The notes: a model not told the origin generated them from the letters alone. Positions 18,778 to 28,460 are shown, counted from the stretch's first letter. The stretch: 39,350 nt of DNA from a virus (IMGVR_UViG_2698536590_000009:1-39350), one strand, 5' to 3'. Numbers and translations: made by a program.

Positions 18778-20092
18778 TGTTCAGGCTCCCTTGAGTGTTA
18801 ATTTTTGCCAGACGACGCCCCGGAATTTTGAAGGCACTCAGCCAGACGTTCGGATCGCCCTGATATTCAGTAATGCGACGCCCGGCTTCATCGTTGCGGA
18901 TACGTTTATGCAGTTGCCCCTGCGTACTCATCATTTCTTTTTCGATGGACTGACGGGCGGCACTGAAAATTGCGTCCTCAAGCACAGCCAGAGTTGCAGA
19001 ATCCGCAATCGCGCGAATATTGACGTCCTTATGTGCCGGAGAGTGTTTCTGCATAGCGATAAGCGCACGCTTGCGGTAGTCCAGCGCATTTTCTCCAGAA
19101 AACGGTGCTGGCGCGTTTTTACCGCAGGCACTGAATGCGGAGTCGGCTTTTGCCTGTGCTTCGGCCAGGGCAGAGTCATTGCGTTCTTTTTCTGCCTCCT
19201 CGTCAGCTTTACGCTGTTCTTCCGCTTCGGAATCAGCCTTTGCTTTCTCCTCAGCGTCTTTGGCTGCCGCCTCGTCAGCTTTGGCTTTTTCTTCCGCCTC
19301 CTTTGCCGCAGCTTCATCAGCTTTACGCTGTTCCTCTGCGGCTTCATCGGCTTTGGCCTTTTCTTCGGCCTCTTTTTTCGCCTGCTCTTCGGCATCCGCC
19401 CGCGCTTTGTCCCGCTGTTCCAGTGAGTCCATGCGCGTGACTACTCCATCGATTTTCTGATTAATTCCGCTCATGGCATCGTTCACCACCCCCTGTAACA
19501 GGGCCTGGAGTTCTTCTTTTTCCATCTCAATTTCACCTGTATTTGTCACTTCAACCCCTGCGGGGATCCGGTCTTTATCCCACACGCCCAGCGAGCCGTG
19601 GTCTTTCGTCACCAGGGCGATGTGATCAACAAGGAAAGGAACGCCTTCGATTAAAAAATTGGTGTCACCTTCCTGTACTTCCACATTTCCTGATGTGCTG
19701 TTGAACACCACCGACGGGCTTGTCGAAACATCCCCCTCAGTGATTTCTTCAACAATGCTCTGGAGGTAAACGCGGCACACCGCCCATACCTCATCACCCC
19801 GGATATACGGCAGCATGACGCTACCGACGATCCGCGATTTAAAGTCCTCCTCCGTCAGAACTGCGTCGTCAGGATGGTTTGCGATAACCGGAAGGCCATT
19901 GCATCGCCTTAAAAACTCCTCGTTAAGATAGAGCTTTGGATCACGCCAGACGTGCTCTTTCAGCCCGGCGCGATAGGCAAGCCCGGTTCCGGTTATTCGC
20001 AAATTCACCAGCCACATGTTGGAGAATTTCACCGGAGACGGTACGGTTCCGTCCCTGATGCGTTCTGCCACTTCAAGCTCGGTTAAACTCAC
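18770..20092 (-). CDS. Head scaffolding / prohead protease-like protein with coiled-coil Ala/Glu/Lys repeat region
   Basis: 440 aa; central AEEKAKADEAA-type repeats (charged, helical) typical of scaffolds; position between F-like gene and capsid gene. Confidence 0.5.
   Translation of the reverse strand: MSLTELEVAERIRDGTVPSPVKFSNMWLVNLRITGTGLAYRAGLKEHVWRDPKLYLNEEFLRRCNGLPVIANHPDDAVLTEEDFKSRIVGSVMLPYIRGDEVWAVCRVYLQSIVEEITEGDVSTSPSVVFNSTSGNVEVQEGDTNFLIEGVPFLVDHIALVTKDHGSLGVWDKDRIPAGVEVTNTGEIEMEKEELQALLQGVVNDAMSGINQKIDGVVTRMDSLEQRDKARADAEEQAKKEAEEKAKADEAAEEQRKADEAAAKEAEEKAKADEAAAKDAEEKAKADSEAEEQRKADEEAEKERNDSALAEAQAKADSAFSACGKNAPAPFSGENALDYRKRALIAMQKHSPAHKDVNIRAIADSATLAVLEDAIFSAARQSIEKEMMSTQGQLHKRIRNDEAGRRITEYQGDPNVWLSAFKIPGRRLAKINTQGSLNNG
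19190..19400. repeat. Imperfect in-frame tandem repeats inside scaffold-like gene (units such as TCAGCTTTACGCTGTTC..TC.GC and GGCTTTGGC.TTTTCTTC.GCCTC)
   Basis: Direct repeats visible in nucleotide sequence and as EEKAKADEAA/EEQRKADE repeats in the protein. Confidence 0.6.
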
Positions 20093-20906
20093 GTTTGCCC
20101 TTCTCCGTTAAAAATTCGTCGGGTAGTTTCTGAGGGGCGTAGATCGGCAGTGCATCGCAACTGCAATAAACCTCCTCCCCAGCAGCAGTGATTTCGTCAT
20201 AAAAACCATATACGGGCTTAATCAGCCCCTGCTCCAGCGCCCACGAATTGCGGAGGAGATAAATTTTCTCGTCGCGCTCTTTGTGGTCCTGTCGGTATTT
20301 GTAGCCCGGACGCCGCCAGTTAGAATGCCAGCGCAGAGCAATCGCTCCACTCTGAACAGCCAGCAGATACTTAACGTTGCTTGCCAGCTTATGCCCCTGG
20401 TCAATTGCCACCCGGCGACTGATAAAATCCATATCCTTCACGGACTTATGAAAACCGGACTTCACTTCCCAGCGATCAATTTCGCTCACCCCGTCAGGCG
20501 GAATGGACGTAACCCACCCCTGAAAACGCTGTATGGTTTTCTCGATGGCCTGTTCGCGGTTGAGTTTTATCAGGTTGGCACTGGCGAAAATTCGCCTGTC
20601 GAGTTCCTTGCGAAACTCAGGTTTCAGTTTTTCAACAGTGACTTTTTTAGGGCCGTCAGGAGGCTGCTCCCGTAATGCCCCGCCGTCGATGACAAGACGG
20701 CTGTAGATGGCGGTGAGATGTTTTCTGGCTACGGTATCATCAGGGGTTTCTCGCTGAGCGGCTACACGGAGTTTCCGGCACCATTCGAGCAATGATTTTT
20801 CGCTATCCCACCCGTGATTTACGTAGTAGTTAACGGCATCCGTCAGAACCTCATATAGCGTCCTGATCCGTTTCTTCTTCCTCACCGCCCGGCTGGAAAT
20901 TGCCAT
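20073..20906 (-). CDS. Minor head morphogenesis protein (Mu gpF-like)
   Basis: Position immediately after portal; ATG at 20906 with AGGAG SD (track ORF extends to 21044 inside portal gene). Confidence 0.5.
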   Translation of the reverse strand: MAISSRAVRKKKRIRTLYEVLTDAVNYYVNHGWDSEKSLLEWCRKLRVAAQRETPDDTVARKHLTAIYSRLVIDGGALREQPPDGPKKVTVEKLKPEFRKELDRRIFASANLIKLNREQAIEKTIQRFQGWVTSIPPDGVSEIDRWEVKSGFHKSVKDMDFISRRVAIDQGHKLASNVKYLLAVQSGAIALRWHSNWRRPGYKYRQDHKERDEKIYLLRNSWALEQGLIKPVYGFYDEITAAGEEVYCSCDALPIYAPQKLPDEFLTEKGKREFNRA

Positions 20907-22287
20907 CAGGCGTCTCCTGCTTCGGTGGTTCATAATTCGCCAGCGCGTCCACATCAATGATGAGTGGAGCTTCGCCATAGGTTTGCGTGGCATTAACAAG
21001 GCTTGCCAGCCATTCAGTGACGGCGGCACGGTTTTCAGGATCAACCTGTGGCGACACGGCAGAGAAAAGTGCTATCGCCTGTTGAATCACTTTACTGTCG
21101 CTTTCCCGGCGTTTGTCCGGCGACTCCTCCACCAGCTCCTGCCATGTCGCGGTAAATTCACGTCGCCACTGGTAAAACGTGGTTTTATAGTCATCAGTTA
21201 TGATGTCCGGGTAATCATTTTTCAGCGACTGATAAAATTCCTCGTTCCAGGCGATGTACTGCACCAGGCGTTCGAAATAATCCATCACAGGTTCAATCTG
21301 CTGGCGTACACCATCGATATACTGGCTGATAGCTTTCGAATCCTCAGTTCCTTCACCGAAACCATTCGAGAAAGCCTCCTCCTTGATGAGAATCGCGGGA
21401 ACATCGCTACCTGATGCAATATCGGAAATAATGTTGTCGCGGGCGGCATTTAGCGCGCCATCGATGTTTTGTAAATTCAGCGAGGTAACGTCCTCATCCT
21501 TCCCGATACTAAGCACACCTTTATTTTTTGCCTCTTTAACATTTTCCCTTTTTCGTCCCGTGGCGGCAGCCATGATCCCGTCAAGTTTCGAACCATACTG
21601 CACAACTTTAGCCACCAGTACGCCTGCCTTCTGGCTGACGAGATCATTCGCCTCCATCGTATTGATATAGGATTTCAGGGAATAAAGAACGCGCTGAAAC
21701 ACGCTTCGCCCGGTGAATCCGAACGATGAACTCTGAAACTCCAGATAAATCGGTGTGCCATTGAAAATTTTCAGTGTGCGTGACGGATGCCAGTCTTTTC
21801 CGCCAATCTTCAGCTTTTTATTGGCTTCCTGGAAAAACGGGCTGTTTGGGTTCTGGTCAGTCACCATCGAACCAGAAGCGTTCAACGGGTCCCACGCGTT
21901 GATATACACATCATCTTCTGTCAGTCCGAATGTCGGAAGCGGCTCACGACATGGAACACTGTCGGTGCCCACGCCGATCGCTGCGGCACCGTAGCAACGA
22001 GACAGAAAAAACAGATTTTTAATCTTCTCGTTAACCTTCATACGTTCCCATACCTCCTGGAAACGCCGCACAACCCGCTCGTCAGGGTCTGTCTCCACGT
22101 TGTACTGACGCGGCTTACACATCGCCATAAGTATGGGTTTTTCGACAAGTTTTCCGCCCAGAGGATGGAATTGCCACAGCTGCTTACACAATTCATAGCC
22201 AATGTCGGTTCCCGGCTGAATTTCTTCAGCCTCAAGAATATGCATCAGTGCTGAACCGAGGCCGCCAGTAATCTCGATCTCTGCCAT
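20851..22287 (-). CDS. Portal protein
   Basis: About 478 aa, acidic C-terminus, directly downstream of terminase large subunit; ATG 22287 with AGGA SD. Confidence 0.7.
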   Translation of the reverse strand: MAEIEITGGLGSALMHILEAEEIQPGTDIGYELCKQLWQFHPLGGKLVEKPILMAMCKPRQYNVETDPDERVVRRFQEVWERMKVNEKIKNLFFLSRCYGAAAIGVGTDSVPCREPLPTFGLTEDDVYINAWDPLNASGSMVTDQNPNSPFFQEANKKLKIGGKDWHPSRTLKIFNGTPIYLEFQSSSFGFTGRSVFQRVLYSLKSYINTMEANDLVSQKAGVLVAKVVQYGSKLDGIMAAATGRKRENVKEAKNKGVLSIGKDEDVTSLNLQNIDGALNAARDNIISDIASGSDVPAILIKEEAFSNGFGEGTEDSKAISQYIDGVRQQIEPVMDYFERLVQYIAWNEEFYQSLKNDYPDIITDDYKTTFYQWRREFTATWQELVEESPDKRRESDSKVIQQAIALFSAVSPQVDPENRAAVTEWLASLVNATQTYGEAPLIIDVDALANYEPPKQETPDGNFQPGGEEEETDQDAI

Positions 22288-22305
22288 CAAAAATATCCTG
22301 ATTTT

Positions 22306-23634
22306 TTACAACGCCGCGTAATTACCGTGCGCGATAATCAATCCATAGGTATAACAATCGAAAAGGTCATCAGCACGTTTATGTGCGTCTTTGTCTGCCA
22401 GGTGGAACCCGGCGATTTGTTTAATGAGGTGGTTTGCGGTGGTACGTTTGAATGAAACGGTCTTGTCGTAAGCCTCCCGGGCGATTTTGCACATCCCCTG
22501 ATAGTGGTAGCTGGATGCCATCACCGCCCGTTCGTCTTTACCTTTGCTGGTTAGTGCCGATTTAATCGGCGTCATATCCCAGCCTTCGGTTTCCGCCTTC
22601 TGGTTGAGGATTGCCCCCATCGCGGCGTCTTCCATAAAAATTCCCTGGCAGCCCAAACGCGGACGGCATAATTTCGCGAGGCGCTCGAGGTTTTCATAAA
22701 CGCCGGGGATATATTCAGGAAGCAATGACGCTTTAATTTGCGTCACATCCCAGTCAATAATCGTCAGTTTTGGCTCGTCCGAATACGTTGACTCATAAGC
22801 GAAATACACCACGCCAGTACCATCATTTTCGGTCCCGCCTTTCAGCGCCGTATCCATCACTGCGAAAATCATGTCGCAGTACGGCGGCATCTCAATTGGC
22901 TGACCGTCCACCAGCAGCTTATCGACATCGAGTAACGCGTCTTTGGACCAGTCCACGAACTCGGCAAGATATTCCTGCTGCCAAACGCGCGGATCGGATT
23001 TCTTCTCCGTTTCCTCCAGTTCTTCTTTCGGAATGTACGGATTCGATGAAGTTGGCGCATGGTGCATGACAAATCCCAGGGATTCATCGTGGCATATCGC
23101 GTAGAAAAAATTGCTCTCGTCGATACCGTTTGGTGTGGAAAATACCCACGCACAGCCACGGTAATCAACAAGCGTCGGGCGTATAGCGCGGGGCCAGATT
23201 TCCTCGAGCATTTCCGGCGATTTAGTGAATGCGGCCTCATCAATCAGCACAGCGTGATATTTACGCCCACGCCCGGCCAGTTTGTTATTGTCCGTTACCC
23301 AAAAGTCGATGCGCCCCCCATTACGGAGAATAATGCGCTTTTCATTTTTTGACTGGCTGAGGATCAGCGGTTGCAGAACGGCGCTAATTTCATCCCAGAT
23401 TTCCTGGTACTGTCGGTATTGTGCGGTAAAAATCCCCACCCTACCCGCGATAAGCTGCCCGGTGGTAGGAACGGCAAATTTCCGCGTCGCGAAACTGGTA
23501 GCGATGTTCACCAGCATCACCGTTTTACCCCAGCGACGACCACAGCATACCGCGTGGAAGCGTTCCTCTATTGCCGCCGTCCATGCAGCTATTTGCCCCT
23601 CATGAGGTTTTGGGAGGTAGATTTCAATCGACAT
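22306..23634 (-). CDS. Terminase large subunit
   Basis: Walker A (CCGRRWGKT) and Walker B-like (VLIDEAA) motifs; 442 aa; overlaps small-subunit stop. Confidence 0.85.
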   Translation of the reverse strand: MSIEIYLPKPHEGQIAAWTAAIEERFHAVCCGRRWGKTVMLVNIATSFATRKFAVPTTGQLIAGRVGIFTAQYRQYQEIWDEISAVLQPLILSQSKNEKRIILRNGGRIDFWVTDNNKLAGRGRKYHAVLIDEAAFTKSPEMLEEIWPRAIRPTLVDYRGCAWVFSTPNGIDESNFFYAICHDESLGFVMHHAPTSSNPYIPKEELEETEKKSDPRVWQQEYLAEFVDWSKDALLDVDKLLVDGQPIEMPPYCDMIFAVMDTALKGGTENDGTGVVYFAYESTYSDEPKLTIIDWDVTQIKASLLPEYIPGVYENLERLAKLCRPRLGCQGIFMEDAAMGAILNQKAETEGWDMTPIKSALTSKGKDERAVMASSYHYQGMCKIAREAYDKTVSFKRTTANHLIKQIAGFHLADKDAHKRADDLFDCYTYGLIIAHGNYAAL

Positions 23635-24715
23635 TATCCACTCCCGGCATCGGCAGAGAGTTGTGGATAATTATTTCGTTATTCTCACCACCCACACCTT
23701 TTTTGAGGTTTTCAATCTCAGTGCGCAGCTTTTCGTTGCGAAGCCTCAGTCCTTCAAGCTCCAGATCATTGCGACTGTCAGTTGCACCACCAGCAGAACT
23801 TCCTTTCGTCGCCGTTATCAGCTTGATAAGTTCGCGCCGGGCGGCAGCCTTATCCTCCAGCAGGATCTCAACGCCGAATTTTCCGAGCTTTGCCCCTGCA
23901 TATAATTGCCGCGCATCCCCATCAAGCAGAGCGGTATCAGCCATATAAAGCTGTCCCATTCCCTCACCGCAGCACTTCGGGCAGTCCAGATTGGGTATGG
24001 CGTTATCAACAAAGCCAAGGCCTCCATATTCCGGCTCGGGTTTGCCATCTCTGGAGGCCTGTGCCGCTGCCTTATCGAATTCTGCAATATCACGCCACTG
24101 GTAGAGGTGATTCTCGCCCCAGCAATAACGGCAGTTAACACGGCGAAATTGTGCCAACTGATTGGGGTCGGCCTGGACAATGGCCATCAACTGACTCACC
24201 AGTAAATCCAGGTCTGCGGTATAGCGTTTCTGATACTGATTGCGGAAGTAGCTGATAGCACGATAAACCCTGGCATTTCTAAGCATACGGCTGGCGTTGC
24301 TGTTAGCTGTCGCACCTTGCCCCTCATAACCAGCCAGTCGGTATGCCTCTGTCGGCTTTTTCCCCTGAGCAACAAGCATCGCAAACTTAGCCTGCTGGTC
24401 AGAAATGCCGAATTCATCGGGGCAGAACGAAAATTCCTCCGCGTCGCCCTCATTCAGGCACGCATCGGATACTGGCTTTTTTTTCTGAGATTTTCCGTTC
24501 CGCTTTTGCGCAGTCTGCGCAGATTTTTTCTGCGCACTTTGTTGCGCAGTTTTGCGCATTTCTGTCTGCGCATTTTTCGGAGGTTTTTTGATGTAACGAC
24601 GGGCTGTTGCGTAATTCAGTCCCCTTGCCTCACACCATGCCACCGGGGATACACCGGAGCGGGTGTATTCAGCAATATATTCCTGCTGCAACGCCCCCCA
24701 GTCCGGTCTGCTCAT
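23624..24715 (-). CDS. Terminase small subunit-like DNA-binding protein
   Basis: N-terminal HTH-like segment, basic/Cys-rich region, immediately upstream of and overlapping large terminase. Confidence 0.55.
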   Translation of the reverse strand: MSRPDWGALQQEYIAEYTRSGVSPVAWCEARGLNYATARRYIKKPPKNAQTEMRKTAQQSAQKKSAQTAQKRNGKSQKKKPVSDACLNEGDAEEFSFCPDEFGISDQQAKFAMLVAQGKKPTEAYRLAGYEGQGATANSNASRMLRNARVYRAISYFRNQYQKRYTADLDLLVSQLMAIVQADPNQLAQFRRVNCRYCWGENHLYQWRDIAEFDKAAAQASRDGKPEPEYGGLGFVDNAIPNLDCPKCCGEGMGQLYMADTALLDGDARQLYAGAKLGKFGVEILLEDKAAARRELIKLITATKGSSAGGATDSRNDLELEGLRLRNEKLRTEIENLKKGVGGENNEIIIHNSLPMPGVDNVD

Positions 24716-24718
24716 TAG

Positions 24719-24928
24719 TTAGTCCTGATTTTTATCCACCCTGAGTAGTTCACGCAGGGCAAAGGCATCCCCTTTTCTGGCAAGCTTAAACAATGCCGCC
24801 CGTAGTTCGGCTTCACCTTTCGCTCTGCCCTTACGGATGGATGCGTAAAAATCTGTCATTGCTTCCCGATTTTCTTTCAGTCGGTTCAGATCAACATCCA
24901 GAACGTCAGCGATTTGTTGTGCAGTCAT
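24719..24928 (-). CDS. Small hypothetical protein (start uncertain)
   Basis: Track ORF 24719..24970 overlaps upstream gene; shorter ATG starts possible. Confidence 0.3.
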   Translation of the reverse strand: MTAQQIADVLDVDLNRLKENREAMTDFYASIRKGRAKGEAELRAALFKLARKGDAFALRELLRVDKNQD

Positions 24929-25838
24929 CCGGCACGCTGCCAGAGACTCTACTTTCGAATACGGAATCATTTGTCACCCCCATTGATATGCAGGGTGTCT
25001 TCTTCCTGTATTTTTCGTGAAGGATTTTTACTGCAGCGTTGTTCCAGGTGACCTGATGGTGAATGCGTTTATGGCTGGCACCCATCAGTGAGATTTTTAC
25101 GCACGACGGCGCATACATGACGGAGTAAAAACTTTTAACGTAGGTTCCGGAGTCCAGATACAGCTCGGTCATTCCGCCGCTGTTTTTCTGCGTCTGTTTC
25201 TGCCCTAACTGGACAGCACCGATCGTCATAAACAATTCACCACAGCGACCAAGATTCGTATACGTATTCACATCCTCGTTAATGCGCCCCATGAATGAGA
25301 ACGGTCGATCAACGGAACAGATAAAACTGTTCATTGCCTTGCGTTTCACCCACGAAGCATGGCCGCCATTGTCACCAAGAAAATCTCCGCCCTGCGACAT
25401 AGCGATGGAAAGCGCAGGTATTGATTCGTAGTACGCCAGCATTTCAGAAAGGATCGCATCCAGTTTTCTTATCGGGAAATAGGCCTGGTCATAGTTGCGA
25501 TCCACCCGAAACTGGAACTCGTGATAATCATCATCGAGCTGAATGAAGTATTTACACCCGACCAGTTTTGCCAGGTCGAAACAGGCATTACGGGCGTAAA
25601 AAATTGATCGGCGGTCACCGAAATTATCGGCTTCGTCAAAACGACTGGCGATATCGGCTTTGGAAAACACCAGCACCTGTTCACTAAATTCAGCTATGTA
25701 GTGATGCCGTGTATTATCTTCATCATCAACAACGATAAAAATTTTCCCGGTATAGCCAGCACGACGCAACGTCCGGTAAGTCAGAACTTTGTCCGGTCGC
25801 CCGTGAGTCAGAATAAAGGCGCAAAAATCATCACGCAT
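24906..25838 (-). CDS. Hypothetical protein with DxD-type acidic motifs (IVVDDED, QLDDDY); possible nucleotide-sugar transferase-like or DNA-modification enzyme
   Basis: ATG at 25838 preceded by GGAGGAGGAGG SD (overlaps ParB-like stop by 8 nt); motif reading only, no confirmed family. Confidence 0.4.
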   Translation of the reverse strand: MRDDFCAFILTHGRPDKVLTYRTLRRAGYTGKIFIVVDDEDNTRHHYIAEFSEQVLVFSKADIASRFDEADNFGDRRSIFYARNACFDLAKLVGCKYFIQLDDDYHEFQFRVDRNYDQAYFPIRKLDAILSEMLAYYESIPALSIAMSQGGDFLGDNGGHASWVKRKAMNSFICSVDRPFSFMGRINEDVNTYTNLGRCGELFMTIGAVQLGQKQTQKNSGGMTELYLDSGTYVKSFYSVMYAPSCVKISLMGASHKRIHHQVTWNNAAVKILHEKYRKKTPCISMGVTNDSVFESRVSGSVPDDCTTNR

Positions 25839-26610
25839 ATTCCTCCTCCTCCCCGCCATGCATGATCTCCACCATACGCTGCGTCATCCGGACAAATCCA
25901 TTTTCAATAGCCTGCTGATAATCAATGATCACCAGCGCCGATTCCTCGAAAAAGCACTGAATTTCAGCGGGGGCGTGAGCGTAATAGTCCGCAATTCTGC
26001 TGAAATTAAACACCGTATGACGTTCTGCCGCACACAGGAGGAATTTCTCAATATCAGGATCAAGGGACGCCGAACGTATCCGGCTGATCAACTCCTGAGT
26101 TTTCGTATCGTCGTACAGTTCACTGATATCTGGTTTATCGCCCGACGGCTCATAAACAGGCGTATCAATTTTCGTCGTGTACGGTTCCTCCTCATTTCCT
26201 GTACCGGGCAAAACATCCGTCAACAGTTCATCAATTTCTGTCGGGCTGAATCCTGTCAGGGAGATATCAAAATCAGCATTGATTAGGTCCGACAGCTCCA
26301 TCCGTAACAGATCTTCATCCCAGCCAGCATTCATCGGCAGGCGATTATCTGCCAGGCGGTACGCCTTTTTCTGATCATCCGTCAGACCAGACAGAACAAT
26401 AACCGGAACCGAATCCATTTTGAGCGCCTCAGCCGCCATAACGCGACCGTGACCAGCAATAATTTCGCCCTTTTCATCAATCAGCACTGGATTAGTCCAG
26501 CCGAATTGCTTAATGCTTTCTACCAGTTGTGCCACCTGCTCAGGGCTGTGTGTCCTGGCATTGTGTGCATACGGAGACAGTTCTTGTAACGGGCGATACC
26601 AGTGATGCAA
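25831..26610 (-). CDS. ParB-like nuclease domain protein (ParB/Srx fold)
   Basis: N-terminal LSPYAHNARTHS...NPVLID...IAGHGRV matches ParB N-terminal domain signature; acidic C-terminus. Confidence 0.7.
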   Translation of the reverse strand: MHHWYRPLQELSPYAHNARTHSPEQVAQLVESIKQFGWTNPVLIDEKGEIIAGHGRVMAAEALKMDSVPVIVLSGLTDDQKKAYRLADNRLPMNAGWDEDLLRMELSDLINADFDISLTGFSPTEIDELLTDVLPGTGNEEEPYTTKIDTPVYEPSGDKPDISELYDDTKTQELISRIRSASLDPDIEKFLLCAAERHTVFNFSRIADYYAHAPAEIQCFFEESALVIIDYQQAIENGFVRMTQRMVEIMHGGEEEEYA

Positions 26611-26938
26611 TATCCTGCTGGTGGATGAACGACAGAATCTTCACCGAAATCACCGATACCAGTACCGCGCAAAGCGCGTCGAGAGATGTGCTGTGTAGCC
26701 CCAGTTTTTCGACCAGATAAGACGCCATGACATCCGCCCCCAGCACGCCAACGATAAACGACACCAGAAAATGCGCCGCCACACGCCAGACAGAAATCTG
26801 CTGGGGTATCGTCGCCACAAACAACGCCCCGGCGAATGCACCAAACACAATCCCGAAATCCGTTCCGGTAAACAGTCCAAATACCGTCGCCCCACCGAGC
26901 GCCGCAGCCGTACCGGAACCGGATAAGGGTTCAGACAT
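26540..26938 (-). CDS. Holin-like small membrane protein (3-4 predicted TM segments)
   Basis: ATG 26938 with GGAGG SD; Gly/Ala/Phe-rich hydrophobic segments; position before terminase genes as in lambdoid lysis cassettes, but no endolysin adjacent. Confidence 0.4.
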   Translation of the reverse strand: MSEPLSGSGTAAALGGATVFGLFTGTDFGIVFGAFAGALFVATIPQQISVWRVAAHFLVSFIVGVLGADVMASYLVEKLGLHSTSLDALCAVLVSVISVKILSFIHQQDIASLVSPVTRTVSVCTQCQDTQP

Positions 26939-26953
26939 GCTTTTTCCTCCCAC

Positions 26954-26979
26954 AAATAAAAAAGGGCCGCCAGCGGCCC
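26954..26979 (-). terminator. Rho-independent terminator (GGGCCGC-loop-GCGGCCC + U-run) immediately upstream of holin-like gene
   Basis: Seen in sequence. Confidence 0.45.
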
Positions 26980-27065
26980 GTAAAAACACCCTGTCAAAGG
27001 CACCCGCAGATGCCTTTTGTGTGGTGTTATCTGATGTGATGTGCGCCGGGCGTGGCGCGGATATG

Positions 27066-27127
27066 AAAAAGGCCCGCCGGAGCGAGCCATAAAAAACTGA
27101 ATAAAAAAAAACCGCCAGGTGCGGCGG
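27066..27127 (-). terminator. Repeat R copy A: tandem pair of intrinsic terminator hairpins (CCGCC..GGCGG + U9 and GGCCCGC..GCGAGCC + U5)
   Basis: Seen in sequence; near-identical copy at 27746..27806. Confidence 0.5.
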
Positions 27128-27383
27128 TTAAGGATGTATTTCCGGGCTTGGCTTAGTATATGACCAATCACAGTTTTGTTTTTGTCGATGTTTACAACAT
27201 CAGAATAATGCATTTAAAGTAGTAAAAATATTTGCTAATAATGCATTATTCCGATGGTGTAAAAAATGGCACTGGAACCGCAACGAATATCACTCATTAC
27301 AGAACAGGGGGCGCAAGGAACCATAAAAAACACCCTACATATATTATGTCAGTGCCTAACACAATCTCGCCTTAGTTACTGTT

Positions 27384-27456
<73 letters not shown>

Positions 27457-27625
27457 ATACTGTGCTGGCCCCCGGAATAACACGAATTACCAAGAGAGCC
27501 CGCACTGGTCTTTCCGGTGGCAAACAGCACCCCTGCTAACATAAAAGATAAACACCTTCCAGACGCAAAAATACTAACAACTGTTTTTCAGATATCCAAA
27601 ATATATTTGGTTTTTATTTTTGAAA

Positions 27626-27645
27626 ATATGTATACATATGTATCA
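27626..27645. repeat. Motif M copy 1: ATATGTATACATATGTATCA (internal direct repeat of ATATGTAT), about 170 bp upstream of tRNA-Gly-like gene
   Basis: Second copy ATATGTATAAATATGTATCA at 28441..28460 upstream of tRNA pseudogene. Confidence 0.4.
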
Positions 27646-27745
27646 TAAATATACAAGCCATATCATAACCGAATTAAAAATCTTTAGTTATCTCTTTTGC
27701 CGTCTGATCACCACCCACCGGCAGCTGAGAATTCCGGCACACAAT

Positions 27746-27806
27746 GAAAAAGGCCCGCCAGGGCGAGCCATAAAAACTGAATAAAAAAACCGCCCGGGGC
27801 GGCGGC
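27746..27806 (-). terminator. Repeat R copy B: second tandem pair of terminator hairpins, paralogous to 27066..27127
   Basis: About 60 bp nearly identical to copy A. Confidence 0.5.
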
Positions 27807-28170
27807 TAAAACGATAAAAGGACACAATATTATAATGATTATTGGGTTTGGGGCATCGGGTGCCTCCCGAAGTATTCCACTTTACGTGGATACTGTGGTT
27901 TCCCGCTAAACCGACTCTATAAACCACCCTCGCACTGAGGAACGCCCCAATTCATGTTTTCCGACACAGAGATGGCGCATCACTGGTTACTCCACGCTAA
28001 ATCCTGCTTCCTTTCGTGGGCAATGCGCCATTTCTGTGTCATAAAAAATACAGCACTGAGTCTGTAACCGATCTCCATTACAGAATGAGGGACGATAAAG
28101 GTATTAAAGAGATCTGTTCCTCACGAAAACCGCCAGTGCTGTAAAAACTTGTCCAAAAAACAATGAAGTT

Positions 28171-28239
28171 GCGGAGAACAGGAATCGAACCGGCATTACC
28201 AACCTAAGGCTGATGTAATAACCACTATACGATACCTGC
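28171..28239 (-). pseudogene. Degenerate tRNA-like sequence, paralogue of the tRNA-Gly-like gene (acceptor, anticodon and T stems disrupted)
   Basis: Shares GCRGGYATCGTATARTGGYTATTAC...GGTTCGATTCC with the copy at 27385..27456 but stems do not pair. Confidence 0.45.
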
Positions 28240-28440
28240 ATATAGAGCAGGCCTCCGTAACCACAATAATGACACTGATACTGATAACAGCCCTTCATTA
28301 TGATTAAACGGATGCCAGCAATGACCCGCAAGACAGCGGGTAACACCCCTGTGAACAGAAACTTGCTGCCTTTCGGGTCGAGAGTAATATTACCGATAAT
28401 TTATATGACATCAAAAACTAATTAGTTTTCATATTTAAAC

Positions 28441-28460
28441 ATATGTATAAATATGTATCA
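28441..28460. repeat. Motif M copy 2 (ATATGTATAAATATGTATCA)
   Basis: See copy 1. Confidence 0.4.

Noticed and set aside
335-24718. Numerous plus-strand ORFs in the track (e.g. 335..661, 923..1201, 7625..8032, 10857..11303, 18791..19426, 21787..22254, 23571..23948, 24317..24718)
   Set aside because: They lie antisense to long, well-supported minus-strand phage genes, lack SD sequences and have biased low-complexity composition typical of shadow ORFs
27688-28346. Track ORFs 27688..27927 and 28104..28346 (minus strand)
   Set aside because: They span terminator hairpins and the tRNA-like pseudogene, have no SD, and their translations look like random sequence
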